DNA of 64,000 bases from an uncultured virus (IMG/VR IMGVR_UViG_2821904334_000002) (IMGVR_UViG_2821904334_000002); one strand, 5' to 3'. Counted from the stretch's first letter, positions 39,545-48,612 are shown. Translations and numbers: made by a program. The notes: generated by a model from the sequence alone, not told the origin.

Positions 39545-39967
39545 ATGACAGCATTTTGGAGTTTTATTGGGACAAACATAGAGCCATTATTTCACTTATT
39601 CGTGAACATAATGGTTTTAGTGTTTCAAGGTATAATCTTGAAAGGGTTTATAGAAGACTACTTTAAAGATAGACACCTAAGAAAGTTAAAGTATGATAGA
39701 GGTTTTGCATTGATAACGTTAGGTGCTTTCATCCTTGTTATGATATTATCTAAACTAATGCATGTATCTATTTACGGTCTTATGGTAGTAGGTACAATTA
39801 ACTCATTACTAATCATCGTAATCATTACATTGGTATTAGAAAACGGAAAAGCAAAACTATTAAACTCATTCATTACTTTACTAATTACTATTTGGGGTGT
39901 TGGAAACATCATTTTAGCTGTTCAATTAGTAAGAGAAGGAATCGAACTATGGAGTATGCTAAAGTAG
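39545..39967 (+). CDS. 4-TM membrane protein
   Basis: Hydropathy. Confidence 0.7.
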   Translation: MTAFWSFIGTNIEPLFHLFVNIMVLVFQGIILKGFIEDYFKDRHLRKLKYDRGFALITLGAFILVMILSKLMHVSIYGLMVVGTINSLLIIVIITLVLENGKAKLLNSFITLLITIWGVGNIILAVQLVREGIELWSMLK

Positions 39968-39982
39968 AAAAGAGGGGTAGAC

Positions 39983-40381
39983 TTGGATTACGTGTTTCTT
40001 GGTATTTACATGATATTTCAACTTGGAGGTATGATGGTCTTTAGTCTATACCTTATAAACAAAAACCTATTAGAAAATATGTATAGACGAGTAGATACGG
40101 AGGATACAGTAGAAAGGTATAGCTTAGAACTAGCATCTATAAGTTTAATTGTGGTATCTGTTATGGGACTTGTACAAACACAACTACACTTCTTACCCTA
40201 CAACATGATATCAGGGGTAGGAACGTTACTAGCTATATCTATTACTATGTTTTTCAGTACCGAACTAAGTAAGAAAAAGGTAACTACTCGATTCTCAAAG
40301 CATAGAAATAAGGCATATAAACTGTCTTCTATTGTGTGTTTAGCGGGGTATATAGTTAGAATCATATTTTTGTTAAAGTAA
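39983..40381 (+). CDS. 4-TM membrane protein
   Basis: Hydropathy. Confidence 0.7.
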   Translation: MDYVFLGIYMIFQLGGMMVFSLYLINKNLLENMYRRVDTEDTVERYSLELASISLIVVSVMGLVQTQLHFLPYNMISGVGTLLAISITMFFSTELSKKKVTTRFSKHRNKAYKLSSIVCLAGYIVRIIFLLK

Positions 40382-40387
40382 CTATAC

Positions 40388-40416
40388 TTGACAAATTGCT
40401 AAACTTATGGTATAAT
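40388..40416 (+). promoter_or_regulatory. sigma-A type promoter overlapping a terminator hairpin
   Basis: TTGACA-N17-TATAAT. Confidence 0.85.
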
Positions 40417-40466
40417 AGTTATATAGTTAAGGAAGAAATTCTTTAATTATATAGCTATTTTTTTTT
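40414..40466 (+). terminator. 21-bp stem terminator overlapping the -10/start site
   Basis: AATAGTTATATAGTTAAGGAA-GAAA-TTCTTTAATTATATAGCTATT + T9. Confidence 0.7.
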
Positions 40467-40494
40467 GATTTAGAAATAAAGGAGGTAAACTAGT

Positions 40495-40758
40495 ATGTAT
40501 GAAGAAGATTATGCTTCTGAGGGTAGAGTAACGATTATAAATGGTTGTAGATACTTAACAAACGTAAGTGATGGTGGAGAGAATAGATATATTGAACTAT
40601 GTAATGAATTAGGAATCAAACACCATGTAGAAGCAATGGCATACGATAGGTTTGATAGACCTATTTTGGGTATGACAATGGTAGGATTTTATATAGATAA
40701 AGACTTTAAAGACTTTCAAGGATTTTGGAATAAACTAAAAGAACGAAAAGGAGTGTAG
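40495..40758 (+). CDS. hypothetical protein, paralog of 40759..41046
   Basis: YLTNVSDG...LGI.HH.E...FWNKL vs FLTNLSNG...LGI.CH.E...FWKRV. Confidence 0.75.
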   Translation: MYEEDYASEGRVTIINGCRYLTNVSDGGENRYIELCNELGIKHHVEAMAYDRFDRPILGMTMVGFYIDKDFKDFQGFWNKLKERKGV

Positions 40759-41046
40759 ATGGTGTTGAGTGTACTAGGTGATGGATTTAGAAGAGACTTG
40801 CATGGTCGAAGAATGGTAGGAAATTGTAATTTCTTAACTAATTTATCAAACGGGGATGAAAAACTATTCAAACAAGCATGTGATGATTTAGGGATTGAGT
40901 GTCATATAGAGAAAGTTGTATTTGATGGGTTAAATCGTAAAGTTACAGGTACAGACGCAGTAGCATTTTACATGGAAAAGACTTTAGAAAATCTAGACGC
41001 ATTTTGGAAAAGAGTTAGAGAATTAGAAGAGTTGAAGATTTCATAG
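40759..41046 (+). CDS. hypothetical protein
   Basis: Paralog of preceding gene. Confidence 0.75.
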   Translation: MVLSVLGDGFRRDLHGRRMVGNCNFLTNLSNGDEKLFKQACDDLGIECHIEKVVFDGLNRKVTGTDAVAFYMEKTLENLDAFWKRVRELEELKIS

Positions 41047-41098
41047 AGTCTTACAAACGAAGTTATTATAATATGCGAATAATATAGTAATAGTAGAG

Positions 41099-41776
41099 GT
41101 GAGAAAGTTGGCTAGTTACACGGAAGACCAATTGGAAAGAGCAATAGAATTATATAAAGATAAAGCAAACAATGGAATGAGGTTACGAGATATCTTACAA
41201 GAAACAAACGTACCTTCAAGTGCCTTATATTCATCTATAAGAGAACAAGAAATTGAGTTGCAAGGTAAAACAAGAGCAAAAGAGTATCCGAACTTAGAGG
41301 AAGCGTTAAAGTTGTACGCAGATAGGGGTAGTAACGGTCTAACTGTCAATAGTATAGCATCTAAATACGGTATCCCAACTTCAAGATTGTACTTAGAAAT
41401 AGATATCAGGGGTATCAAACCAAGAATGCAAGGAAGAAAGTATACAGAACAAGACGTAATCAAAGCAGTAGACTTATATGTAAATAGACCTACAAACGGC
41501 TTAAAGGTTAGAGATATTTTATCACAAACAGGCGTAACACAAACAGCCCTATATGGGGAATTAAATAGACAAGGTATTGTAAGTACAGATAACAATAGAG
41601 AGCAAAGAGATTTAAATTCACTACTGAGACGTAAAGGTAATTTAGATAAAGCAGTAGACTTATTTATACATAAAGATACTCATGGGTTAACTGTTACAAA
41701 GATTCTTAAAATCGCAAAAGTAAGTACAACAACGTTATATGGGGAATTAAGAAAACGAGGTTACAAAATAGACTAA
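41099..41776 (+). CDS. multi-HTH DNA-binding protein, 4 Psq/Hin-like modules
   Basis: Repeats of YTxxxLxxAxxLY..GLxVxxIxxxTGVxxxxLYxELxxRGI. Confidence 0.8.
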   Translation: MRKLASYTEDQLERAIELYKDKANNGMRLRDILQETNVPSSALYSSIREQEIELQGKTRAKEYPNLEEALKLYADRGSNGLTVNSIASKYGIPTSRLYLEIDIRGIKPRMQGRKYTEQDVIKAVDLYVNRPTNGLKVRDILSQTGVTQTALYGELNRQGIVSTDNNREQRDLNSLLRRKGNLDKAVDLFIHKDTHGLTVTKILKIAKVSTTTLYGELRKRGYKID

Positions 41777-41784
41777 TAAGGGGA

Positions 41785-42642
41785 ATGGTGAGGAACATGG
41801 TTAAAGTATTAGAAACGGATGAACTTGTAGAAGTGGAGATTACTAGAGACCAACAAATCGCTAAAGCACTTGAGTTACATAAGAGTAATATGAAAGTTAA
41901 AGATATTATAAAAGAAACTGGTATTCCTGAGTCTACATTATATCGTATCTTTAGAGCAAACAATTTAAGAAAGCAACCTAGAAAGAATAAGATAGACGTA
42001 GAAAAGTTAGAGGAAGCATTAGATATGTTTGTAAACAGGGATGAGTTAGGGTTAACTGTTAAACAAATTTCAGAGAAAACAGGTATCTCCAAGCAAACTA
42101 TCTATGTAGAAGCAAAGGCAAGAGAGGTAGACTTTGAATTTGTCGGTAAGGGGTATACAAAAGAGTCTTTAGAGAAAGCAGTTGAAATGTATCAAAGACC
42201 AATAAAAGAAAAGATTACACTAAAGAAAATCTATGAAGAGACAGGTGTTTCTAGAAGTGTATTGTATAAAGAATTAGAGTCACGGGGTATTGAAATCAGA
42301 CATGGTAATCGTTTATCTTATACGGAAGAGTCTTTAGAAACTTCAGTTCATTTATATAAGAACCGTCATGAACTAGGGATAGGAGTTTCAGACATCATAG
42401 AAAGAACAGGTATCTGTATAAACGCCTTACATAGAGAGTTAAGAAAGAGAAAACTAATTAAGGGTAATACAAATAGAAAATACCCGATTAGACTAGTAAA
42501 TCAAGCAATACGTTTAATCCTTAATAAAGAAAACAATTATTCAGTTGCTCAAGTATCAGAGCAGACTGGTATTAAGGAAAGCACATTGTTTGCAGAATTA
42601 AGAGATAGGGGTATACGATTACGAGAACGGAAGGCGATGTAA
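41785..42642 (+). CDS. multi-HTH DNA-binding protein, 5 modules
   Basis: TGIPESTLY, TGISKQTIY, TGVSRSVLY, TGICINALH, TGIKESTLF. Confidence 0.8.
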   Translation: MVRNMVKVLETDELVEVEITRDQQIAKALELHKSNMKVKDIIKETGIPESTLYRIFRANNLRKQPRKNKIDVEKLEEALDMFVNRDELGLTVKQISEKTGISKQTIYVEAKAREVDFEFVGKGYTKESLEKAVEMYQRPIKEKITLKKIYEETGVSRSVLYKELESRGIEIRHGNRLSYTEESLETSVHLYKNRHELGIGVSDIIERTGICINALHRELRKRKLIKGNTNRKYPIRLVNQAIRLILNKENNYSVAQVSEQTGIKESTLFAELRDRGIRLRERKAM

Positions 42643-43116
42643 GTGGCGTTAGAAAAGCAAACTGATTTAGAAAATGCTATTTCTCTATATGTAAACAGAA
42701 AACGACTAGGATTAACAGTTAGACAGGTATGTAAACAAACTGGGATTCCTCTTCATAAGCTTTACAGTGGGTTAAGAGAATTAGGGTTAGCAATTAAACC
42801 GACTAAAAGGGTAGATAAAGAGAAGTTAAATCAAGCGGTTGAGTTGTATTTAGAGAAAGACAAACTAGGGTTAATTGTAGAAGACATAGTAAACAAAACT
42901 GGAGTATCAGCAAGTGTTATTTATAGTGAATTAAGAGACAGAGGATACAAGTTAAAAACCTGTGGTCGTAAATTTGAACAAGAAGATTTAGAAGAAGCAA
43001 TCTCTTTATTCATGCAAAAGAAAGAACTAAAGTTATCAGGTGAAGAGATATCTAGACGAACTAGAGTACCAAGACAAACAATTTATTGGCATTTGAACCG
43101 AAGAGGTTTAAAGTAG
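42643..43116 (+). CDS. multi-HTH DNA-binding protein, 3 modules
   Basis: TGIPLHKLY, TGVSASVIY, TRVPRQTIY. Confidence 0.8.
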   Translation: MALEKQTDLENAISLYVNRKRLGLTVRQVCKQTGIPLHKLYSGLRELGLAIKPTKRVDKEKLNQAVELYLEKDKLGLIVEDIVNKTGVSASVIYSELRDRGYKLKTCGRKFEQEDLEEAISLFMQKKELKLSGEEISRRTRVPRQTIYWHLNRRGLK

Positions 43117-43125
43117 GAGGTTGCA

Positions 43126-43773
43126 ATGAGTGAGCCAAACCTAGCATTACGAGAAGCAGTGTTTATGTATTTGTACCGAAAAGATTATAATATCAAACTA
43201 GAAGATGTTGTAGAACAAACAGGAGTTTCAGAGCAGGATATACTAGATGAATTAGTTAGACTTGGTGTACCATTAGAAATAGACCAACTTCAAAAGTATG
43301 CAACTAGTACGTTAGATGTAGCTATTCTCTTACATTTAGGTAGAGAAACAAATGGAATGTCAGTACAAGATATCGCAAACAAAACTGGTATCCACCGTTC
43401 CGCTTTATACAATGAACTAAAGAGAAGGGGTATTTTAGACTTAAAAAGTCTTACACCTGACCACAAGTATGATATGGAAAAGGCAATTGAATTAATATTA
43501 AACCGACAAGAAAACAAGTATAGATTAATTGATATAGAGTTAGAAACAGGAGTATCAAAATCATCATTGTATCGTGAATTAGAAAACAGAGGTATTAAGG
43601 TTGAAAACGGTAATCGTAAAACACTAAAGAAAACGGTAGAGAAAGCATTATCCTTATATGAAGATAGAAACACAAACGGGTTATCAGTACGTCAGATTAT
43701 TTCTCAAACAGGGGTATCGAGAAGTACGTTATATGCAGAATTAAAGAAGAAACAGGGAGAGAAAGATGAGTAA
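43126..43773 (+). CDS. multi-HTH DNA-binding protein, 4 modules
   Basis: TGVSEQDIL, TGIHRSALY, TGVSKSSLY, TGVSRSTLY. Confidence 0.8.
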   Translation: MSEPNLALREAVFMYLYRKDYNIKLEDVVEQTGVSEQDILDELVRLGVPLEIDQLQKYATSTLDVAILLHLGRETNGMSVQDIANKTGIHRSALYNELKRRGILDLKSLTPDHKYDMEKAIELILNRQENKYRLIDIELETGVSKSSLYRELENRGIKVENGNRKTLKKTVEKALSLYEDRNTNGLSVRQIISQTGVSRSTLYAELKKKQGEKDE

Positions 43774-44401
43774 TCAAAAAGTAAACAACCTAAGAAAAGC
43801 AGTATCCATGTGGGTCTATCGTAAAGACCTAGAATTGTCAAATGAGGAAATCAATCAAGAAACAGGGGTAGCAGTAGACGAACTAGAACAAGAGTTAGTA
43901 AGGGTTGGGTTAATTTCTATTAAGAAAGAATTAAATCGAGCAGTAGACTTATATGTAAACCGATATAAGTTAGGTTTAACAATGGATGAAATTGCAGAGA
44001 AAGAGTTTATTTCAAAAAGTACCTTATATGCTGAATTAAAGAACAGAGGTATTGACTGTAAAAGTATAGGTAGAACGTACAAACAAGAAGATTTAAACTT
44101 AGCAGTATCACTATTCCTAACTCGTGAAGAAAGAGGTTTACTAGTAAGAGACATCTTACAGAAAACAGGCGTACCACATTCTGTACTATATAAAGAGTTG
44201 AAGAAAAGAAACATTGATTGTAATGAAAGTAACCAGTCAGCTATTAATAGTGCAATAGATTTATACACAAACAGAAAAGCAACAGGAATAAAAGTATTAG
44301 ATATTTTAGAAAGAACAAAGATATCTAGTCAAACATTCTATAAAGAACTAAAACTAAGAGGTATTCCATTACGAGGTCGTAGTAAGAAGCAAGTAGCTTA
44401 G
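43766..44401 (+). CDS. multi-HTH DNA-binding protein, 4 modules
   Basis: TGVAVDELE, EFISKSTLY, TGVPHSVLY, TKISSQTFY. Confidence 0.8.
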   Translation: MSNQKVNNLRKAVSMWVYRKDLELSNEEINQETGVAVDELEQELVRVGLISIKKELNRAVDLYVNRYKLGLTMDEIAEKEFISKSTLYAELKNRGIDCKSIGRTYKQEDLNLAVSLFLTREERGLLVRDILQKTGVPHSVLYKELKKRNIDCNESNQSAINSAIDLYTNRKATGIKVLDILERTKISSQTFYKELKLRGIPLRGRSKKQVA

Positions 44402-44453
44402 TTATAAACAAGATGAAAATTAATAGAACTTAATACTAGGAGGATAAACATAC

Positions 44454-45926
44454 ATGTCAAAAGGAATTGAGTTTGAAATTGGTAGTTTTCTAGGTGAATT
44501 TGATGTAACAGACTATACAATGAGTCAAGTTGAGAAATTAGAAGATTACATTGAACAAGCAAATACGATAGCAAATATGAAAACTGGTGAGTTATTAGTT
44601 GTAGACGCTATTTATGATGAAATGGTATCTATTTTACGCCAAGTAAAACCTGATTCACATTTATTAACTGAGTTATGGGAAACTGGTGATGAAGACAACA
44701 TTGAAGGAAATCAGTATACGGAATTACTCGTTAAAAACCCAATGAAATCTATCTTAACGGTTAAATCTTTTAATAGTGCTGAAATGGGTATCTTTAAAAG
44801 TAATTATCCTGTAGACGAACCTGTTACTTTACATGGTAGTTTAAAAGAAAACGGTTGGGGTATTCGTATTGCTTATATGGACGGTGAATACGTATCAGCA
44901 ACTTCAAGAGCGAGAGCAAGTGCAGGTAAAGACTTAACAAGACAAGTTGGGGTTGTATTAGAGAAGAGAGGTCTGCTAACGTTAGAAGATATACCAAACG
45001 GATTAGCGGAAGTACGAGGTGAGTTGTTACTATCTTTCGAAAACTTAGATGAAGCAAGAACTTACAATCCAAACATCGTAAGTGCATTCAGTGGGGTAGC
45101 AAGTATGGCACGAGATAGTGCAAGTGAAGAGGAGAACGCTTTACTTGATTTCGTAGCCTACACAATTATCCATGAAGACCTAGAATTTGAATCAAAGTCA
45201 GAAGAGTATAGATACTTGAAAGAATATTTAGGTTTCGAAGTTCCTTTAAACTGGACAATCGAAGATGTAACGGCAGATGAACTAGAAGAGGTATTAGAAG
45301 ACACATTAGCCGAGATTGAGGAAGAGGTGTTTAACGAAGAAGAACCGTATTCGTACTTTACGGATGGGGTAGTTATTCAAATAGACGATTATGCTACTTT
45401 CCATGCTTTAGGTGATGATGGTGGTAAATATAATAAAGGAAACATCGCATTAAAAGTAGGAGCATGGTCACAAGATAATTACTATGGATATGTACAGTAC
45501 ATAGACTTCTCAAAAGGTAAGTCAAAACTAAGTCCAGTAGCAATTTTAGGTACTGAGCCAAACCAAGCAGTATTTGAAATAGACGATGAAACGTATCAAG
45601 GTCTAGACGAAGTAATGGAGTATCATGATATTGAAACCCTAAACTTCAACTTAGCTGATTGTGTTAAGAATTATAAAGACTTAGGAGTAGGTACAGCAAG
45701 TGGAAATAAAGTAAGACGAGTTCCACTATATGAAGTAGCAAACATGATTTTACTTGGCATAACTCCAAACTCTGTTTTATACTTCAAGTATGGTGGAGAA
45801 GCAGGGGTAGTTCCTTGTCGTGAAGACGGCTCTTTAATTAAGGACATTAAAGGTGTTAATTATATAGACGGATTATTTACAGAGGAAGACATTATTGGTT
45901 CGGAAGAAGGAGAAGAATGGGCTTAA
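44454..45926 (+). CDS. ligA: divergent NAD-dependent DNA ligase-like protein (Ia + adenylation + OB domains only)
   Basis: DAIYDEM, PMKSI, LKENG (motif I), GKDLT, EVRGELL, YFTDGVVIQID, IALK, LSPVAIL; no Zn-finger/HhH/BRCT. Confidence 0.78.
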   Translation: MSKGIEFEIGSFLGEFDVTDYTMSQVEKLEDYIEQANTIANMKTGELLVVDAIYDEMVSILRQVKPDSHLLTELWETGDEDNIEGNQYTELLVKNPMKSILTVKSFNSAEMGIFKSNYPVDEPVTLHGSLKENGWGIRIAYMDGEYVSATSRARASAGKDLTRQVGVVLEKRGLLTLEDIPNGLAEVRGELLLSFENLDEARTYNPNIVSAFSGVASMARDSASEEENALLDFVAYTIIHEDLEFESKSEEYRYLKEYLGFEVPLNWTIEDVTADELEEVLEDTLAEIEEEVFNEEEPYSYFTDGVVIQIDDYATFHALGDDGGKYNKGNIALKVGAWSQDNYYGYVQYIDFSKGKSKLSPVAILGTEPNQAVFEIDDETYQGLDEVMEYHDIETLNFNLADCVKNYKDLGVGTASGNKVRRVPLYEVANMILLGITPNSVLYFKYGGEAGVVPCREDGSLIKDIKGVNYIDGLFTEEDIIGSEEGEEWA

Positions 45927-45955
45927 TCTGTAGAGCGATATAATCAAACGAAAAC

Positions 45956-45990
45956 AAACCGAGCAGAAGTGTTCGGTTTTTCTTTGTTTT
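45956..45990 (+). terminator. intrinsic terminator
   Basis: AAACCGAGCA-GAAG-TGTTCGGTTT + T-rich. Confidence 0.7.
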
Positions 45991-46013
45991 GTTCGATTAT
46001 TTAAGAGACTATA

Positions 46014-46042
46014 TTGACAAAATTAGAAACATATGGTATAAT
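46014..46042 (+). promoter_or_regulatory. sigma-A type promoter
   Basis: TTGACA-N17-TATAAT. Confidence 0.85.
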
Positions 46043-46106
46043 AGTATTAAGAGTTAAGGTAATATAGTATAGAAAATACTCAAACAGATAGGGAGAGAAA
46101 AGGGTT

Positions 46107-46538
46107 ATGAAACAAACAAAGTTGTTCAAAACAATGTGTAAACCGAAACAAAATGGAGTAGCAGGTTACGATGATTTAGACGTTGATGTACAAATAAATG
46201 AGTTTATCGCAAACAATGATATTGATGTAATTAGTATTGAGTTAGCAACTGGTATAGATAGTGAAGGAAACCCATATGACCGTGCATTACTATCATACGA
46301 TGATAAAGTTAAACAGCCATCAAAAGAGCAATTAAAACTAGTAAAACAAGATACTGAGTTAAAATGTATGTCTCTATCAGAACTTATTGAAGCTAGACTA
46401 TCAGATATGGAAGAATTAACTAGTATAGAAGGTTTAGACATACCTTTATTATGGGCAAAACATGGTACTTGGATAATGAATAATCTTCAAGCTCAGTTAG
46501 AATTAACAAGACGAGTAGAGGAAAGAAAGAACAAATAA
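46107..46538 (+). CDS. protein with Cse60/DUF2758-like N-terminal domain
   Basis: TKLF...LDVQINEFIANNDIDVISI...ALLSY. Confidence 0.5.
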   Translation: MKQTKLFKTMCKPKQNGVAGYDDLDVDVQINEFIANNDIDVISIELATGIDSEGNPYDRALLSYDDKVKQPSKEQLKLVKQDTELKCMSLSELIEARLSDMEELTSIEGLDIPLLWAKHGTWIMNNLQAQLELTRRVEERKNK

Positions 46539-46551
46539 GGAGGTTAAAACT

Positions 46552-46992
46552 TTGAAGAAAACAAAGAGTTTTACAGGCACAATTAGGGGTATGAAAACTG
46601 GTTTAGATGTAGAAATTAATAATTTCCTTACAACTCATGGTTATGAGTTATTAGATGTACAATACACAATTTATCATGATGTAAACGGTAATCCAGTACG
46701 AGACGCCTTAATTACATATGAGGATAAAAAAGTACAAGAAACAGTTACAAACAAGAATTTAGACTTAGTACCGAAGTTTATTACAAATGGTGGTATTGAA
46801 ATTACAAGCAGAATGCATGAAACAATGGTAGAGGAAATTCAAATAATAAAAGGTCTAGCAGAGAATGGAGAGAAGGGTGTTCTTAGACTATGGGAGAAAT
46901 ACGGTCAAAACCTAATATTCTCTCATGAAGAAATGACTCTCATGTTAGAAAGACGATTTAAACAGCTTCAAGAACTAGAAAAAGAAGAGTAA
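46552..46992 (+). CDS. paralog with Cse60/DUF2758-like N-terminal domain
   Basis: TKSF...LDVEINNFL...LLDVQY...GNP...ALITY. Confidence 0.5.
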   Translation: MKKTKSFTGTIRGMKTGLDVEINNFLTTHGYELLDVQYTIYHDVNGNPVRDALITYEDKKVQETVTNKNLDLVPKFITNGGIEITSRMHETMVEEIQIIKGLAENGEKGVLRLWEKYGQNLIFSHEEMTLMLERRFKQLQELEKEE

Positions 46993-47005
46993 GAGGTGTA
47001 AATGA

Positions 47006-47347
47006 GTGAACCAAACAATAGAGTCGTATCCTAAACAAGCAAGCTATTGTGGGGTATGTAATAAAGAAATAGGAGCATACGATAGAGTGGTATACAGACG
47101 AGAAAGAAGTGGTTTATATACATTCTATTGTATGCATTGTGAGGAAGAAGCAAGAAACTTAAAGGAATGTAAGGTCTGTCAACTACATAGAGCAAACTGT
47201 AAATGTGAAAAGCGTAGAGAAAAGTTGTTAGAAAGAGAAAACTATGGTGCTTTAGGTGGTCGAACAAATAGAAAGAAAAAGAAGACCGAAGAATCGAAAA
47301 GTGATACATGGTGGACTCATTATCAAAACCAATTAGGGAGAAGGTAA
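47006..47347 (+). CDS. Cys-rich zinc-finger hypothetical protein
   Basis: CGVC...CMHC...CKVC...CKC. Confidence 0.65.
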   Translation: MNQTIESYPKQASYCGVCNKEIGAYDRVVYRRERSGLYTFYCMHCEEEARNLKECKVCQLHRANCKCEKRREKLLERENYGALGGRTNRKKKKTEESKSDTWWTHYQNQLGRR

Positions 47348-47351
47348 ACAA

Positions 47352-47705
47352 ATGGGCGTAAGAAAAGCAGGTAGAAGAAAGATTTCAAACAATGGTGATT
47401 TTCCACCTTCAAATGGTTATCAAACATATAGTTATGTATCTCCTAAGGTAACTTTAGAGTGTGAGAAACTAACAGAAGATGAGTTAAAAGCACTAAGTAG
47501 TGATGTAAAGACGTATCGTGTAGAAGAAATAAACAAGAATAAAGAAGCTATAACGGTAATTGCCGATGACTCAAACGGAGTATATTCATTCTTTGTGAAG
47601 AAATACGATATCAAAGAAGGGGACATTGTAAAAGACCCATTAGGTAATGAGTTTAAAGTAATGGTAAAGATAAGCGTCTTAAAGGTGTTAGTAAATAAAA
47701 TCTAG
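47352..47705 (+). CDS. hypothetical protein
   Basis: ORF track. Confidence 0.6.
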   Translation: MGVRKAGRRKISNNGDFPPSNGYQTYSYVSPKVTLECEKLTEDELKALSSDVKTYRVEEINKNKEAITVIADDSNGVYSFFVKKYDIKEGDIVKDPLGNEFKVMVKISVLKVLVNKI

Positions 47706-47721
47706 AAAGGGGTAGCACGTA

Positions 47722-48558
47722 ATGAAAACCAAAACAGTAAGTGGACTAGCTATTGTTTGTTCATTAGCTATGTTAACTACAGGTTGCGGAAAAGATTCAC
47801 CAATTAAAGAACAAACCGCAAAAGCAGAAGTAAATGAGATTTTAACAGAAGAAGATTATTTAGGGGTAGCAGAGGAAATTGACTATATTAAACCTACGCC
47901 AAAAGAGAATAAAGAAGAGGTAGATTATATCAAACCAGCAACTACACCAAATAGAGTCGCTCAAGGGTTAGAGAGACAGAATGCTAGTGATATAGAAGTA
48001 GTCGTAAACAAGAAGAACAAGTTACCTGATAAATATAAACCAAAAGATTTAGTTGTTCCAAACGTATCTTTTGCCTATGAAGGGGTATACGAGAAGTCTC
48101 ACTTACGTAAAGAAGCATCAGACTCATTAGAGAAACTATTTGCACTTGCAGAAAAGGATGGTATCTATTTAAATGCAGTATCAGGTTTCCGTTCGGCTGA
48201 GTATCAAACGAAAGTCTACAATGGGAATGTAAAGAAAGACGGAAAAGACCATGCTGATATGTTTTCAGCAAAACCTGGTCATAGCGAGCATCAAACTGGT
48301 TTAGTAATGGATGTATCAGCTAAGTCATTTAATAACAAGCTAGAACAAGAGTTTGAACAAACAAAAGAAGGTAAGTGGTTGGCAAAGAATGCTCATAAAA
48401 CTGGATTCATCATTCGATATCCAAAAGGTAAAGAAGATATAACTGGTTATGAGTATGAACCTTGGCATATCAGATATGTAGGAGATATTGCTACGAACCT
48501 GTTCGAAAAAGGGCTAACTTTAGAGGAATACAAAGAGCAGAAGGCTACTTACGAATAA
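47722..48558 (+). CDS. lipoprotein M15B zinc carboxypeptidase (VanY/LdcB/YodJ family)
   Basis: Lipobox LTTGC; VVNKKNKLP, SGFRS, PGHSEHQTGLVMDV, GFIIRYP, EPWHIRYVG. Confidence 0.92.
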   Translation: MKTKTVSGLAIVCSLAMLTTGCGKDSPIKEQTAKAEVNEILTEEDYLGVAEEIDYIKPTPKENKEEVDYIKPATTPNRVAQGLERQNASDIEVVVNKKNKLPDKYKPKDLVVPNVSFAYEGVYEKSHLRKEASDSLEKLFALAEKDGIYLNAVSGFRSAEYQTKVYNGNVKKDGKDHADMFSAKPGHSEHQTGLVMDVSAKSFNNKLEQEFEQTKEGKWLAKNAHKTGFIIRYPKGKEDITGYEYEPWHIRYVGDIATNLFEKGLTLEEYKEQKATYE

Positions 48559-48612
48559 GGTTTTAAATTTACTAGTACTTTACAGAAACATAGTTAAAAC
48601 GGAGGTAGAAGA

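Noticed and set aside
41099..44401. Transposase or resolvase remnants
   Set aside because: No DDE or serine-recombinase catalytic domain and no terminal inverted repeats; ORFs are intact and tightly coupled.
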